A stretch of 64,000 nt of DNA from Octopus vulgaris (lineage: Eukaryota): contig OX597832.1 of assembly GCA_951406725.2 (NCBI GenBank), positions 70,680,001 through 70,744,000 on the forward strand, in the 5' to 3' direction. Position numbers and translations under genes: made by a program. Position 1 is the stretch's first letter. Each line of letters begins with the position of its first letter. The notes beneath the pieces were generated by a model. It saw only the letters and a program-made list of their open reading frames with translations, was not told the origin of the DNA and made no database searches. Positions 1 through 11,211 of this stretch are shown in pieces.

Positions 1-439
1 TGTTTCTTCAAAATATCAATACACTCGTCTGTCGGTCACAGCCAAACATACGTTCCACTGTTTATTATCTTTACTGCTATTTCTCCGATGCTGATGCTTC
101 TTCTAACTCACGCTAAACTCCCCCACCCAGCGCCACACACACACACTTATATTAACATCTTCCTCCCGATCTTACCACTCTCACCACCACCACCACCGAC
201 AGTAATAAAATCAACATCAATAACAACAATAACCACAACATCATCATTACGCAAACCGTACAACGTTTCATTCATACCTCGTTGTTTGCCTTTTTACTTC
301 CGGTCTATGGAATTTTATTTTTACTCAAGTTTTTGGCAGATTTTTGTGTTTTCTATTACGACGGTGAATGTTTCATTGTTTTTTGTTTCGATTCAGAGAT
401 GGGTCTTATAGAAATATTATATAGAAATGTACAGTTAGA

Positions 440-678
440 CACGTATGTATGCATGTATGGATGGATTTATATACTCACACACATACATATATCACATGTA
501 TGAGTGTGTATATACACATATATACATATATATACATACACATATATGTTTGTATATATATACATATATGTATGTATATATGTATATATATACATACATA
601 TATACATATATGTATGTATACATATATACATATCTGTATGTATATATGTATATATATATATATATATAAGTTTATGTG

Positions 679-766
<88 letters not shown>

Positions 767-822
767 CACACATATATATATATATACATACATATATATA
801 TATATAAACATATATATATATA
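440..822. repeat. (TA)n/(CA)n/(TACA)n microsatellite block
   Basis: Simple repeats are directly visible; the overlapping ORFs are low-complexity artefacts. Confidence 0.95.
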
Positions 823-1199
823 TACTCTTTTACTCTTTTACTTGTTTCAGTCATTTGACTGCGGCCATGCTTGAGCACCGCCTTTAGTCGAGCAAATCGA
901 CCCCGGGACTTATTCTTTGTAAGCCGAGTACTTATTCTATCGGTCTCTTTTGCCGAACCGCTAAGTGATGTGGACGTAAACACACCAGCATCGGTTGTCA
1001 AGCAATGCTAGGGGGACAAACACAGACACACAAACACATACACACACATACATATATACGACAGGCTTTTTTCAGTTTCCGTCTACCAAATCCACTCACA
1101 AGGCATTGGTCGGCCCGGGGCTATAGCAGAAGACACTTGCCCAAGATGCCACGCAGTTGGACTGAACCCGGAACCATGTGGTTGGTTAGCAAGCTACTT
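823..1199 (-). mobile_element. tRNA-derived SINE, body and 3' part of the split host copy 1
   Basis: Minus-strand B-box GGTTCAGTCC at 1159-1168 and a (TAAAAGAG)-type tail at about 823-845. The same family occurs uninterrupted from 36629. Confidence 0.85.
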
Positions 1200-3195
1200 T
1201 ATTTCATATGATTTGCCACTAGGGCAGTACAAAGAGTAGCTGCGGGATGGACAAAAACATTAATGAATGATGGTGATGGACGAAGATGGTGATGGGAGAA
1301 GACGAAAGCGCCCGCCGACTTTCGCTTCTCTAAGACATTGTTCTTTTTTTTCAAAGGTTTTACAAAAATTTCAAATTTTACAAATTTTACCAGAGGCAAT
1401 AAACCTCTTTTTCAATATAATACAATGCTCAGTAAGTCTATGTTACCCGGCCGACCAGCGCTCTTGCCTCAACGAGGCAATCATCGCTGGTCAGTTCGTG
1501 GTCTAGAGGTATAATTTGAAATGAGTCCATCGGGAAGGAACCCGTGATCCCGCCCAGATTACCCCTCCCTATGACCTCCGCAGCCAGCTGCGAAGGCCAC
1601 TCGGGGTCCTCCGTGCAGGACCGAAGTCCCTCCCAATGGCCCCGCTTTCTCATTTTACGTATTTCGCCCTCTACTATTCGTCCTTTAAAAAAGAGGACCA
1701 CAAATTGTTCCACAAATTGTTCCTCAGGCGGCTCACCCGCCTGAGAAGACTTGGGAGACGCTGCCTACGTGTTACAATCCGGCAGCGTCCCGTTTCTCTT
1801 TTTTCTTTTCTTCTTTTTACCTTGGGCCACGGGAGGTTGAGGTTCCGGAGTTGCACACACCGGGTTCTCTTCTTCTCCTGCAGCTTCCGGGTCTTTTGGT
1901 AGGTCGCCATTGCTCCCCACTTTTCTCTTTCTCGTTGAGGAAGTCGTCGCTTCCCTGCTCTGTTTCTCTCCCTCCATTGGGGGGCAGGGAGAGGCTCCGA
2001 TATCAACTGCTCCAGGAACCTACTTTGGTCCCTGGGGCAGTTTTTCTTAATATGGCCGGTCTCCAGGCACAGGTGACACTTGGGGAAGGGCGTCCCTCAA
2101 GCATCACCGGATAACTGTACCCGGCCATCATCAAAAAGTCCGGCAAAACCAGACTTTTGGCTGATTGGGTCCATAGGGTCAAAATAGCTTTTGAACCCTC
2201 CCAATCAGCCGCAGGCTGTACTTTCACATTTAGGAGCTGGGCGCTGCTACCACCCAGAACCCGGCGGATAGAGTCCTCTATCCACTCGGGTTCAACGCCG
2301 GGTGGTAAGCCGCAGATCCAAGCTCTCAACAATTTTTGTCCCTTATAATTAGGGAGGAACAGTATTTCCTTGCCCTCAATGGGCTTGCTTGCAAAGTCGC
2401 AAGCTGCTTTAGGGGAGTCAAACATCAACCAAACCGTTGCGTATTTGACTCCCCGTGAGACGTATTTAACGGCTGGCATATAGTCTGCCAGCTCGTTAAC
2501 AATAGTGGCCTTTGGAAAGACAGCTATGGTGTTGAGCGACTTTGAATAAGTCCTCAACACCACGGTCTTGTCCTCTAGCTCCTTCAGGTATCTTTTGGGA
2601 GGTGTTAACTCCCATATGGTAAATTCCTTTGCCATAACAAAAGTTTAAAACAGTTCAAAGTGACAAAATAAAATAGACAAAAAAAGGAGAATAAAAACAG
2701 AACAGAAGGGAAGAAACAAAATTCGAAACGGCAGTTCAAAAAAGTTTTTAAAAATAAAAATAGCAGAAGAGAGTTCAAAATCCAGGCAAAGGAATTAATT
2801 TTTTTTTTCTTTTTTCCCGGCCAAAAAGGTATTCCAGGCCACTGGTAATCCACTTGTGAAAATAATCCTTGGTACTCCGTTGGTAAATCCGAAGACAAAG
2901 GCAATTACACACGTTGGTTTTTGAGGTGGGGCTACGCCTCCTCAAAAAACACAATTCTCACTACAAAGTGAGTCTTTATACTTGACTACAGGCAGGAAAA
3001 ATGTCCGGAGCAGAGTGAAGTCTATTACCTGCTAAAAAATATTAAATGCTAGAAAACATTAAATGCAAGGCAATAAACCTCACTAAGCCCCCAAAAATAC
3101 AAAACGCCTACCTGTAGTCGAGTCAAAAGTTCAACAATTCACGTTGAAACACGTGACAACTGGAGCAGCAAAAAACCACGTCTGAACACGTCAGA
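1200..3195 (-). mobile_element. Non-autonomous ORF1-only Tx1-like retroelement, copy A
   Basis: About 2.0 kb and collinear with 7337-9320. Bounded by ggttagcaagctactt (1184-1199) and ggttagcgagctactt (3196-3211). No EN or RT coding sequence. Confidence 0.85.
1438..2635 (-). pseudogene. ORF1 (gag-like, CCHC zinc knuckle) of copy A, disrupted
   Basis: ORFs 2003..2635, 1765..1977 and 1438..1713 align consecutively to the 396-aa ORF at 7631..8821. There is a frameshift near 2085, a TAG at 1765-1767 and a 12-bp tandem duplication near 1698-1722. Confidence 0.88.
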
Positions 3196-3439
3196 GGTTA
3201 GCGAGCTACTTTATTTCATATAATTTGCCATTTAGGCATTTACAAAGAGGGGACAAACAAGGACAGACAAATATAAAGGGTGAAGTAGCTTAACACAGTT
3301 AAAATTTTCGAATGAAATTACGGGTAAGATTATAAACAATGAGTTTTACGAAGACAATGTTTAAAAATATTATTAATGATCATGTCGAAGGACGGACACC
3401 CAGCCATCCGGGTAGAACCTTTACTTTCTGATCTGGTCA

Positions 3440-4963
3440 CACTTACCTGGTGCCAAACATACCCAACTTGCATGCCACAAACATATCTCGTGACAGACAC
3501 CTCTTCTCCAGCCTGATTTTGCTACTGAGGTGGTAACTAAAAAAGTTAATCAACCGCTGGCCGGAGACAAAGGTGCCTGTCACTATAACTTTCGTACGCG
3601 TCTTCCATACTGTTTCTTTCAGTATGGCTACTACTCAGAAAAAACAAGCCTTTCTTTCCCTGTTAAGGAAAGGAGGCGGCACAATCTCGATGATAGACTC
3701 AGCTGATAGATGTACTCTTCCCATCACTGACAATAGTTGTTCAGCAAAAGCTATCAGTCCCGATAACTCCGGACACTCCACGAATGCGTGCAAGACGGTC
3801 TCCCTATCCTGCTCACATCGCGGGCATGTCGGCGAGACGGCACTACCGTGCCTTGACAGCTTGTCGCGAACAGGTAAAGCCGCACGGAAACACTGCCAGG
3901 CCAGGGATTTCTGGTAATTATCCAGATACCCCGGCCCGAACGTCCTCCGGAACAGGTTGACCAACTGATTTTCATCGTAGCCCAAGGTCTCCCCCAAGGC
4001 GTCTTCGGACTTAACCTCCACTAACCCGCTATAGAAATCCGTGGTGGAACTCCTGTTGCCGGCGTTGCCCACCCGAGAGAGTAGCTGGAGCGCCTAACGG
4101 CACTCCAAATGCCATTCACTCAGTTTAGGTCTCCGCTTGATCCATGCACCGATGTCCGTTAGGGATGTTAACTGGGGAAGGTAGAACCGGACGTGCGGTG
4201 ACCACACCTGCTCTCCATCCAGGTAAAGCCAGAGGTGCCTCAACCTTAACGCGAGTTTTCGCATCCTCAGCCAAGGCATCCCTAGCCCACCCTTTAGCGG
4301 TTTCTGGCAGCAGACAGAGCGCTTTACAAGTGGCTTTCCTCCTTTCCATAAAAATCGGAAAAGGATTCTCTCCAACTTGTTCAGCCACAAATCGGGGCAA
4401 GGCACCACGGTCAGACGGTAGGTGATTACTGATGCTATAAACATCTGCACCACCTCCGCCTTCCCTAGCAGGGATAACGCCCGCCCAGACCAGGTCTGGG
4501 CTAGAGCGGTCACCTTGTTGGCCACCTCACTCCAATTTTTCTCAATCTGGAGGTCTGGCTCGAACCAGACTCCGAGCAGCTTAACAGGACCTTCCGTCCA
4601 ACGCCCTACGATGTTATTGGACGGCATCGGCTTGCCCCTCCAGGTGCCGAGTTGCAAACCGACCGACTTGTCCTTGTTAACCTTTGCTCCTGCCACCGCC
4701 TCGTAGCTTTTGATGGCCTCTTCCACCACTGGAAGCTGGCCTTCGTCTGCCACGATGATGGAGGTGTCATCCGCATACGCCGTAGCTCCTCTTCCACACC
4801 ATAGATCATGCGGCGCGCCCCCTAGTGCCTCCAACTTCCGCAGCAAAGGCTCAAGAGCCAATACGTATAGGAGCGAGGACAGGGGACACCCTTGACGAAC
4901 TGAACGCTCGATCGTGAACGGCTTCGAAAAGAAACCGTTCACCTTGACTAGAACTGTGGACAA
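3440..4963 (-). pseudogene. ORF2 RT C-terminal half plus zinc-binding domain
   Basis: VKVNG...SVRQGCPLS...AYADD...KLLGV...GGLGMP...CPRCEQDRETVLHAFVEC, with in-frame stops at 4094-4096 and 3635-3637. The end coordinate is approximate. Confidence 0.9.
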
Positions 4964-5595
4964 CTAAAACTAGACCTATCTCTAGTTCTTATCACTATCC
5001 TGTCTAGATAAGACTTGAACCTTCCGTCGCCACTCATCCAGGTCCACTCTGGGACGTTCGGATGGTCAAGTCTGTAACGATCTGCCAGCTGAAACCGCTT
5101 AAGCAGATCCACGAGACGTGAGTTCACTTTCCTATAGATCGAGCCAACGCTATCGATGTGTACGTCAACGATAGCATTAAAGTCCCCTAATATCACTAAA
5201 GTCTTCGACGTCACGAGAAAGCCCTCTAGGCGCCGATAAAAATCAGTTTGGAAACAAGGTGCATAGAGTCCGATCAACCTGAAGGACTTACTGCTGTATG
5301 TCACATCAAGGACGACCAGCCCACCTTCTGGGTCTACATAGACTGTACTTGTCTGCAGAGCCAAGTCTTTACGGATCAGTACCACTACACCCCCTCGCCC
5401 TCCGGTCTGGCCAGGAGACATGATTTTCTCGTAGCCATTCAGGAGAGGCGAGAAGGTTTGTAGGCTGTCCAGCTTGGTCTCTGTAGCAACCATCACATGT
5501 ATATCATGTGATCTGATGTCGTCAAGGAAACAAGCCTGCTTCCACTTCGAACTCAGACCACGCACATTTAAACAACCAAGGTTAAGAGAAGCCAT
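4948..5595 (-). pseudogene. ORF2 apurinic-like endonuclease domain, truncated
   Basis: LNVRGL, ETK, GGVVVL, LYAP, LGDFN, LADRYR and SYLDRI motifs are present; the final SDH motif is lost at the deletion. Confidence 0.92.
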
Positions 5596-5612
5596 TACAA
5601 AAAGTAAAAGTT

Positions 5613-6945
5613 CTACTTACATTTCGTTGGAGAGGTTGGGGCCGACCTCACCACACATTGGTGGGCCCCTTCTTTCTCCTCCTTCTTCAGATAGTCCGGC
5701 AAGTTCGCGATATGCCGGATGGCGTTTGGTTGTCTGTCTTTTAATTGTTTGAACGTTGTTTCCGCGATCCACGCACATCTCTCGTTTCGATCTTTGTATT
5801 TGTTGTACAGTCTTGCTGACTGATGCGGAACCACAATATCGTTTATGTATTTGTTTTGTGTGTCGAATTCAATTAATATGAGTTCATTTTTTTGTCTTCT
5901 TTTTCTGGGCCAGTTGAGCGGGATTTTTTTTTTTCGTGTCTGTGGTGTGTCTTTGTTTTTATTATTTTTTGTAGGGGATGTGGACGGGGATGATGCACGA
6001 ATTCTTTTACGAACTGTTGTAAATCCCGCCTCTGATACCTCCATGGTATCGTCTGGGGTAGCAATAGTTTGTTCAGTAGGCGCCGCAGTTTTTAAGGGGT
6101 GGGAGGTTTTAATAATGTAGGGGTTTGTGAGTGCGAGGGCTGGGTTTTTTCTTCAGTTTGTTTTGGGGTTGGCACCGTAACAGCGGGAGTGGGATTTTTT
6201 GTTTTTGTAGGGGTAGGTGAGTTTGCAAGGGTAGGGATTTTTTTATTATCTGAGGGGCCTGGTGTCTGCGGTTTCTTTTGCTTGTCTGGACAGTCTACAC
6301 GAATATGGCCCTTTTTGCCGCAGGCGTAACAGGTGGGTTTTCGGCCTTCGACTTGTACCCTGAGGGCCACGTTCTCGCCCACGAGCACCCTCTCAGGAAG
6401 GAGCTGCAGGTCCTCCGGTGTTCCTTGAATTATTATATTAATGTCTCGCCCAAGCCAATATAGAGGGGCAGAGCATGTTACTTGTAGTATTTTAATTTTG
6501 TCCGTCCTTTTATATAACAGGGCGGCCACTACCTCTACCGGATCTACTTCCGGCGGGGCTTCTGCAATCCTGACCCGGGACGTCCTGCGTCCCCTATAGC
6601 TTGGGAAAAGTACACAATGTCCTTCCAAATCGGGGACAGGCATTTCTCGATGGTGTTTTTTTCAAAGTGTTTGAACCTTCTGCTTTGTGGACAGAAGGTT
6701 TTAAACACTACGGTCCGCTTCTCGGTCTCCACGATACTGGCGGAGGGTGATATTTTAACATCACCACCCTCCTCTTTCATTCTTTTAAATAGCTCGACGA
6801 GCTGATTGACATTGATGTCAATGTTCTCGGTAGCCACTGCGGCTACCGCAGAAAATTTTTTACTACAGTTAATATTGCTCTCCTCAAGAGCACTATTTTC
6901 GTGAATAATCTCAATAGACATTATTCTGTTGAAATTAGACAACAC
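5613..6945 (-). pseudogene. ORF1 of copy B, frameshifted
   Basis: Three overlapping frames (6544..6945, 6092..6643, 5613..6044) with a CYACGKKGHIRVDC knuckle and a Pro/Thr linker. Homologous by eye to ORF1 of copy C (EKRTVVFKTF vs EDKTVVLRTY; EGRKPTC vs EGRPPKC). Confidence 0.85.
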
Positions 6946-7336
6946 AAAAATTACGAATATTGGTTTCCCACAAAACTGGGAAACCTATAGAAAGTTTTTC
7001 TTCCAAAGCAGTTCAATAAGTGGTAAAAAGCAGTTCAAAAAATTTCATTTCCCACCCCCATTCGGGGGAGGGGCACGTAAATAGTCTGGCAAGACTATAT
7101 ATAGTCACGTAGATAAAAAAGCCACAATGGCTAACAGTTCAACAGTAACAAATTATCCAATTATTCCCCGGTAAAACCGGAGAACAAGACAGTTCAACAA
7201 CGTTCAAAAACAAATTTTCAGTAGTAAAATTCAACAATTAACAACACAGCAAAACTCTTACCGGGAAGAAAACGCGTCCAAACCGTAGTAAGGTAAGCAA
7301 AGTCACTCTTCAGTCAGTGAGGTAAGCGAGCTACTT

Positions 7337-9320
7337 TATTTCAACAATTTTGCCACTAGGGCAGCACACAGAGTAGCTACGGGCTGGACAAAGACATTAA
7401 TGGATGATGGTGGTGGTGGATGAAGATGGTGATGGGAGAAGTCAAAAAGCGCCCGCCGACTCTTGCTTCTCTAAAACAATGTTCTTTTTTTTTCCAATAA
7501 TTTTACAAAATTTCCAAAATTTTACAAAAATTCAAAAATTTCAAAACAAATTCCAAATTTTACAATTTACAATTTCAAAAGTTTTTCCAGAGGCAATAAA
7601 CCTCTATCGCAATATAACCCAAATACAGGTTCACGTTACCTGACCGATGAACGCTCTTGCTTTAATGACGCAATCGTTCTTCGTCAGGCCCCCGCATATA
7701 GGTATAACTTGCAAGAGATCCTCCGGGAAATAATTCTCGATCCTGCACATATCATTTTCGAGTAGGACCTCCGCAGCCAGCTGCGAAGGCCACTCGGGAT
7801 ACTCCATGCAGGACCGAAGTCCCTCCCATTGGTTTCTCTTCCTCATCTTACCTATTTCATTCTCTAGTGTACCTCCTTTGTGGAAGAGGACCACATAATA
7901 TTTCTCCGGCCCCACAACCGCCGGAGGACACATGGGAGACGCCGTCTGCGTGTTACAATCCGCTGGCGGCGTCCCGTTTCTTTTCTTTCTTTTTTTCTTT
8001 TTACCCTGGGCCACGGGAGGTTGAGGTACCGGCGTTGCACACGCCGGGTCCACTCTTTCTCCCGTAGCTTCCGGGTCTTTTAGTGGGTCACCATTGTTTC
8101 CCACTTTTCGTTTTCTTGTTGAGGAAGCCACCGCTTCCTCGTTCTGTTTCTCTCCCTCCATTGGTGGGACAGGGAGAGGCTCTGATATTAACTTCTCCAG
8201 GATCCTACTCTGGTCCCTGGGGCAGTTCTTCTTAATGTGGCCGGTCTCCAAACACAGGTGACACTTGGGGGGACGTCCCTCAAGCATCACCGGATACTTG
8301 AACCCGGCCATCCTCAAAAAGTCCGGCAAAACCAGATTCTTGGTTGACTGGGTCCATAGAGTCAAAGTAGCCTTTGACCCCTCCCAATCAGCCGCAGGCT
8401 GCATTCTTACGTTCAGGATCTTGGCGCTACCACCACTCAGACCCCGGCGGATAGAATCTTCCACCCACTCGGGCTCAAAGCCGGGTGGCAGGCCGCAGAC
8501 CCATAATCTTATTAATTTTTCTCCCTTGTAGCTTGGGAGAAACAAAATCTCTTCGCCCTCAATGGGCTTGCTTGCGAAATTGCAAGCTGCTTTAGGGGAG
8601 TCAAAAAGCAACCAAATCGTTGCGTATTTGGCTCCCCGTTGAATGTATTTAACGGCTGGCATATAGTCTGCCAGCTCGTTCATAATAGTGGCTTTCGGAA
8701 AAACCATTATGGTGTTGAGTGACTTTGAATACGTCCTCAACACCACGGTTTTGTCCTCCAGCTCCTTCAGGTAACCCTTCGGAGGTGTTAACTCCCATAT
8801 GGTTAACTCCTTTTTTGCCATAACAAAAGTCCAATAAAAAACACAATGACAGAACAGAAAGACAGAGCAGAGAAAAGGACGAAGGAAGACAGTTCAAATA
8901 ATGGCAACACTGTTCTGCAACTGGTAATCCTCACGAAACAGGGTACTCCAGTTGCAGCACACTTGGTTCTCCGTGGTAAATCCAAGCACAATTGGTTCTC
9001 CGTGTTAAATCCAAGCGAACAAATTAATTTTTGAGGAGGGGCTATGCCTCTCAAAACACACAATTCTCACTAAAAGGTGAGACAATAAATATGCCAACAG
9101 GCAGAACAAATACCTCCGAAGCAAAGTGAAGCCTGTTACGGGCAGAAAAGTGTTAACACTAATTAACATTAATGCCAAAAAGTATTAACGGCAAGCAACA
9201 AACCTCACTATGCTTCCAAAATATCCAAAATGTCCTACCTGTTTGCCGTAAATGTTCAATATTTCACGTTAACACGTGACATCTGAAGCAGCTCCAAAAA
9301 ACACGTCTAACTCAGACGAA
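7337..9320 (-). mobile_element. Non-autonomous ORF1-only Tx1-like retroelement, copy C
   Basis: About 2.0 kb between target copies at 7321-7336 and 9321-9336. It has one intact ORF and the same 3' end as copies A and B. Confidence 0.88.
7631..8821 (-). CDS. ORF1p-like nucleic-acid-binding protein, 396 aa (putative RRM-like region, CCHC knuckle, basic KKKKRKKR tract)
   Basis: Uninterrupted ORF with CHLCLETGHIKKNC; homologous to ORF1 of the adjacent Tx1 element. Confidence 0.85.
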   Translation of the reverse strand: MAKKELTIWELTPPKGYLKELEDKTVVLRTYSKSLNTIMVFPKATIMNELADYMPAVKYIQRGAKYATIWLLFDSPKAACNFASKPIEGEEILFLPSYKGEKLIRLWVCGLPPGFEPEWVEDSIRRGLSGGSAKILNVRMQPAADWEGSKATLTLWTQSTKNLVLPDFLRMAGFKYPVMLEGRPPKCHLCLETGHIKKNCPRDQSRILEKLISEPLPVPPMEGEKQNEEAVASSTRKRKVGNNGDPLKDPEATGERVDPACATPVPQPPVAQGKKKKRKKRNGTPPADCNTQTASPMCPPAVVGPEKYYVVLFHKGGTLENEIGKMRKRNQWEGLRSCMEYPEWPSQLAAEVLLENDMCRIENYFPEDLLQVIPICGGLTKNDCVIKARAFIGQVT

Positions 9321-9360
9321 GGTGAGAAAGCTACTTAGCACACAGCCACTCCTGCGCCTA
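9321..9360 (-). mobile_element. 5' head (A-box) of the split SINE copy 1
   Basis: Minus strand reads TAGGCGCAGGAGTGGCTGTGTGCTAAGTAG, matching the head of the uninterrupted copy at 36629 (TAGGTGCAGGTGTGGCTGTGTGGTAA). It continues the SINE broken at 1199. Confidence 0.85.
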
Positions 9361-9394
9361 CATATATATATTTATATAAATGTATATGTATATA

Positions 9395-9951
9395 TAAGTT
9401 CTTTGTCTGTTTCCTATGCATTCCTATGCATTCTCAAATAGCTCGACCAAGTCAAATCAAATTTTACAAGGTAATAGTATCAGACACTGTGAGTGTCAAC
9501 ATGTATTTTTTTTTCTTTGGGATTAAAATACATCATTGGCACCGATTCGGTATTACGTGTGAAAAGTGAAAGAATAAGATCTATATTGTAATGAGATATA
9601 TATTGCTTCACTTTCAGTCTTTCACTTTAATACGAATGTGATAACACTAACATCATCTTATTTCTATTATATTTGAAATAAATGAATAATTTACATCCTA
9701 ATGTGAACAACATTACGCAACGGTAACATTCCGTCTTTATGGCCATGACAGCGGAATGGTGGTTTGTCAGTGTATGAGTGTTGACTGACATAACGAACGA
9801 CTGGAGGTGAAAGTTATAACAAAAAAAAATGAGGTCGCCGGTTCAAGGTATATAAAAATACACATTTACCGTCCAATTACCAATTATCGCAGTAATTGCA
9901 AGGCATTTACAGTTATATATTTACTCCTAAAATAACATTTAATACATGTGC

Positions 9952-10030
<79 letters not shown>

Positions 10031-11211
10031 GTATCTTAAGAAATTTATCTATAATAATAATAATAGTGGTATTTACCGTTAAATTAGCATTTCATACCTG
10101 TGCTCCTGTTTGGTTAATTGGCATATATTTGGTTAATTTACACTGCATACAAAAATAATGACATACTGCAAACATATAAAAATAGAGATTAATCTATAAC
10201 ATTTTCTATGTTCATAATTTTTTCTTTACAATATTGAAAAAAATGCTACCAAAATGTAGACGTAATCTCTCCAGAAACAAGTATAAAGCAAGGACTGTAT
10301 AAAACCGAAGTGGGGAGTCTTAAGACAGAAGAGAGATAAGACTTTCCCAAGATCAGCAAAGGCATGCTGCAGTACTTAAAGCTGAATCATTAAAACCACG
10401 TTTTAATGATTCCAATAGAATAGCTCTCAGCAACAGAACACGTACAAATTCTTTCTAAACAACTCCTGGAGCTGCTTTTAGATATGACTCATCCCATTCT
10501 TATCAAAATGATAATTCTGTCCAAATTGGTGTGCTAAACTCAAATTGTCGCTTATGCAAAGCTTTAAAATTTCCAAATGAAACTAATGGCAAGTACTGCG
10601 CAGGCAGTAAGGTAAGATTGCTAGCACTACCAGCTCTTCTTCAACCTCTTAAGGATCTTCTGGAAGACACTTGCACCCAGTCAAAAGATTTTCTGAGCAA
10701 CATCAGGCAGTACAACTCTCCATTTCAAATAACACTGTTTGGTGCATCTTAAGGAGATAGTTGACCATGCATTTATGCCGACGTTCAAAGTTCAAGTGCA
10801 AGTCTATCACTTCATTGGTTCCTTGTTACCCACAAATGAACAGCCTAAGTTCCTCCAGATTTACTTTCTGAGTGATGTAGAACAACAAACCCGAAAGAAG
10901 TGCCAAAACATCAAACGATGGGTTGTGTTAGACGCAGCACAGACGACCGCAAAAGAGAGTATATCCACTGACAGCTTTCGCAGTGCGTTCAACCATCACA
11001 TACTCCCCCCAACCCTAATTTTCCATGACAGGTTAGGGCCTAGAATCCTGCAAATGGACACATGACATGTCGCTTAGTCGAATTAGCCCACCATTTACTC
11101 CACAAATGATTTGTGGTCAATGCTGCACTTCCCCGTATTACCTGTTTCAACATAACTCTGATATATATACAAACTATGCCATTTAATCCAGAGCAACGCC
11201 GGGTATCTCTG

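Larger units (their letters stand above)
3212..7320 (-). mobile_element. Tx1/L1-clade non-LTR retrotransposon (ORF1+ORF2), internally deleted, copy B
   Basis: ORF1 with a CCHC knuckle, APE endonuclease, partial RT (QGCPLS, YADD) and C-terminal CPRC...ETVLHAFVEC. Bounded by target copies at 3196-3211 and 7321-7336. Confidence 0.92.

Noticed and set aside
440-900. Many ORFs rich in Y/I/H/T/C/V, here and throughout the window
   Set aside because: They are translations of (TA)n, (CA)n, (TAA)n, (TAG)n and (CAT)n microsatellites, not genes.
1200-9320. Copies A and C as the LTRs of one large LTR element enclosing B
   Set aside because: A and C are substantially diverged, encode ORF1, lack TG...CA ends and each has its own target copy. 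B is a non-LTR APE element, and a relative (D) occurs alone.
1184-9336. CRISPR-like or integron-like array reading of the repeated 16-mer
   Set aside because: The spacers are 2-4 kb retroelements in a eukaryotic context, with no cas or integrase genes; retrotransposon target duplication explains the pattern.
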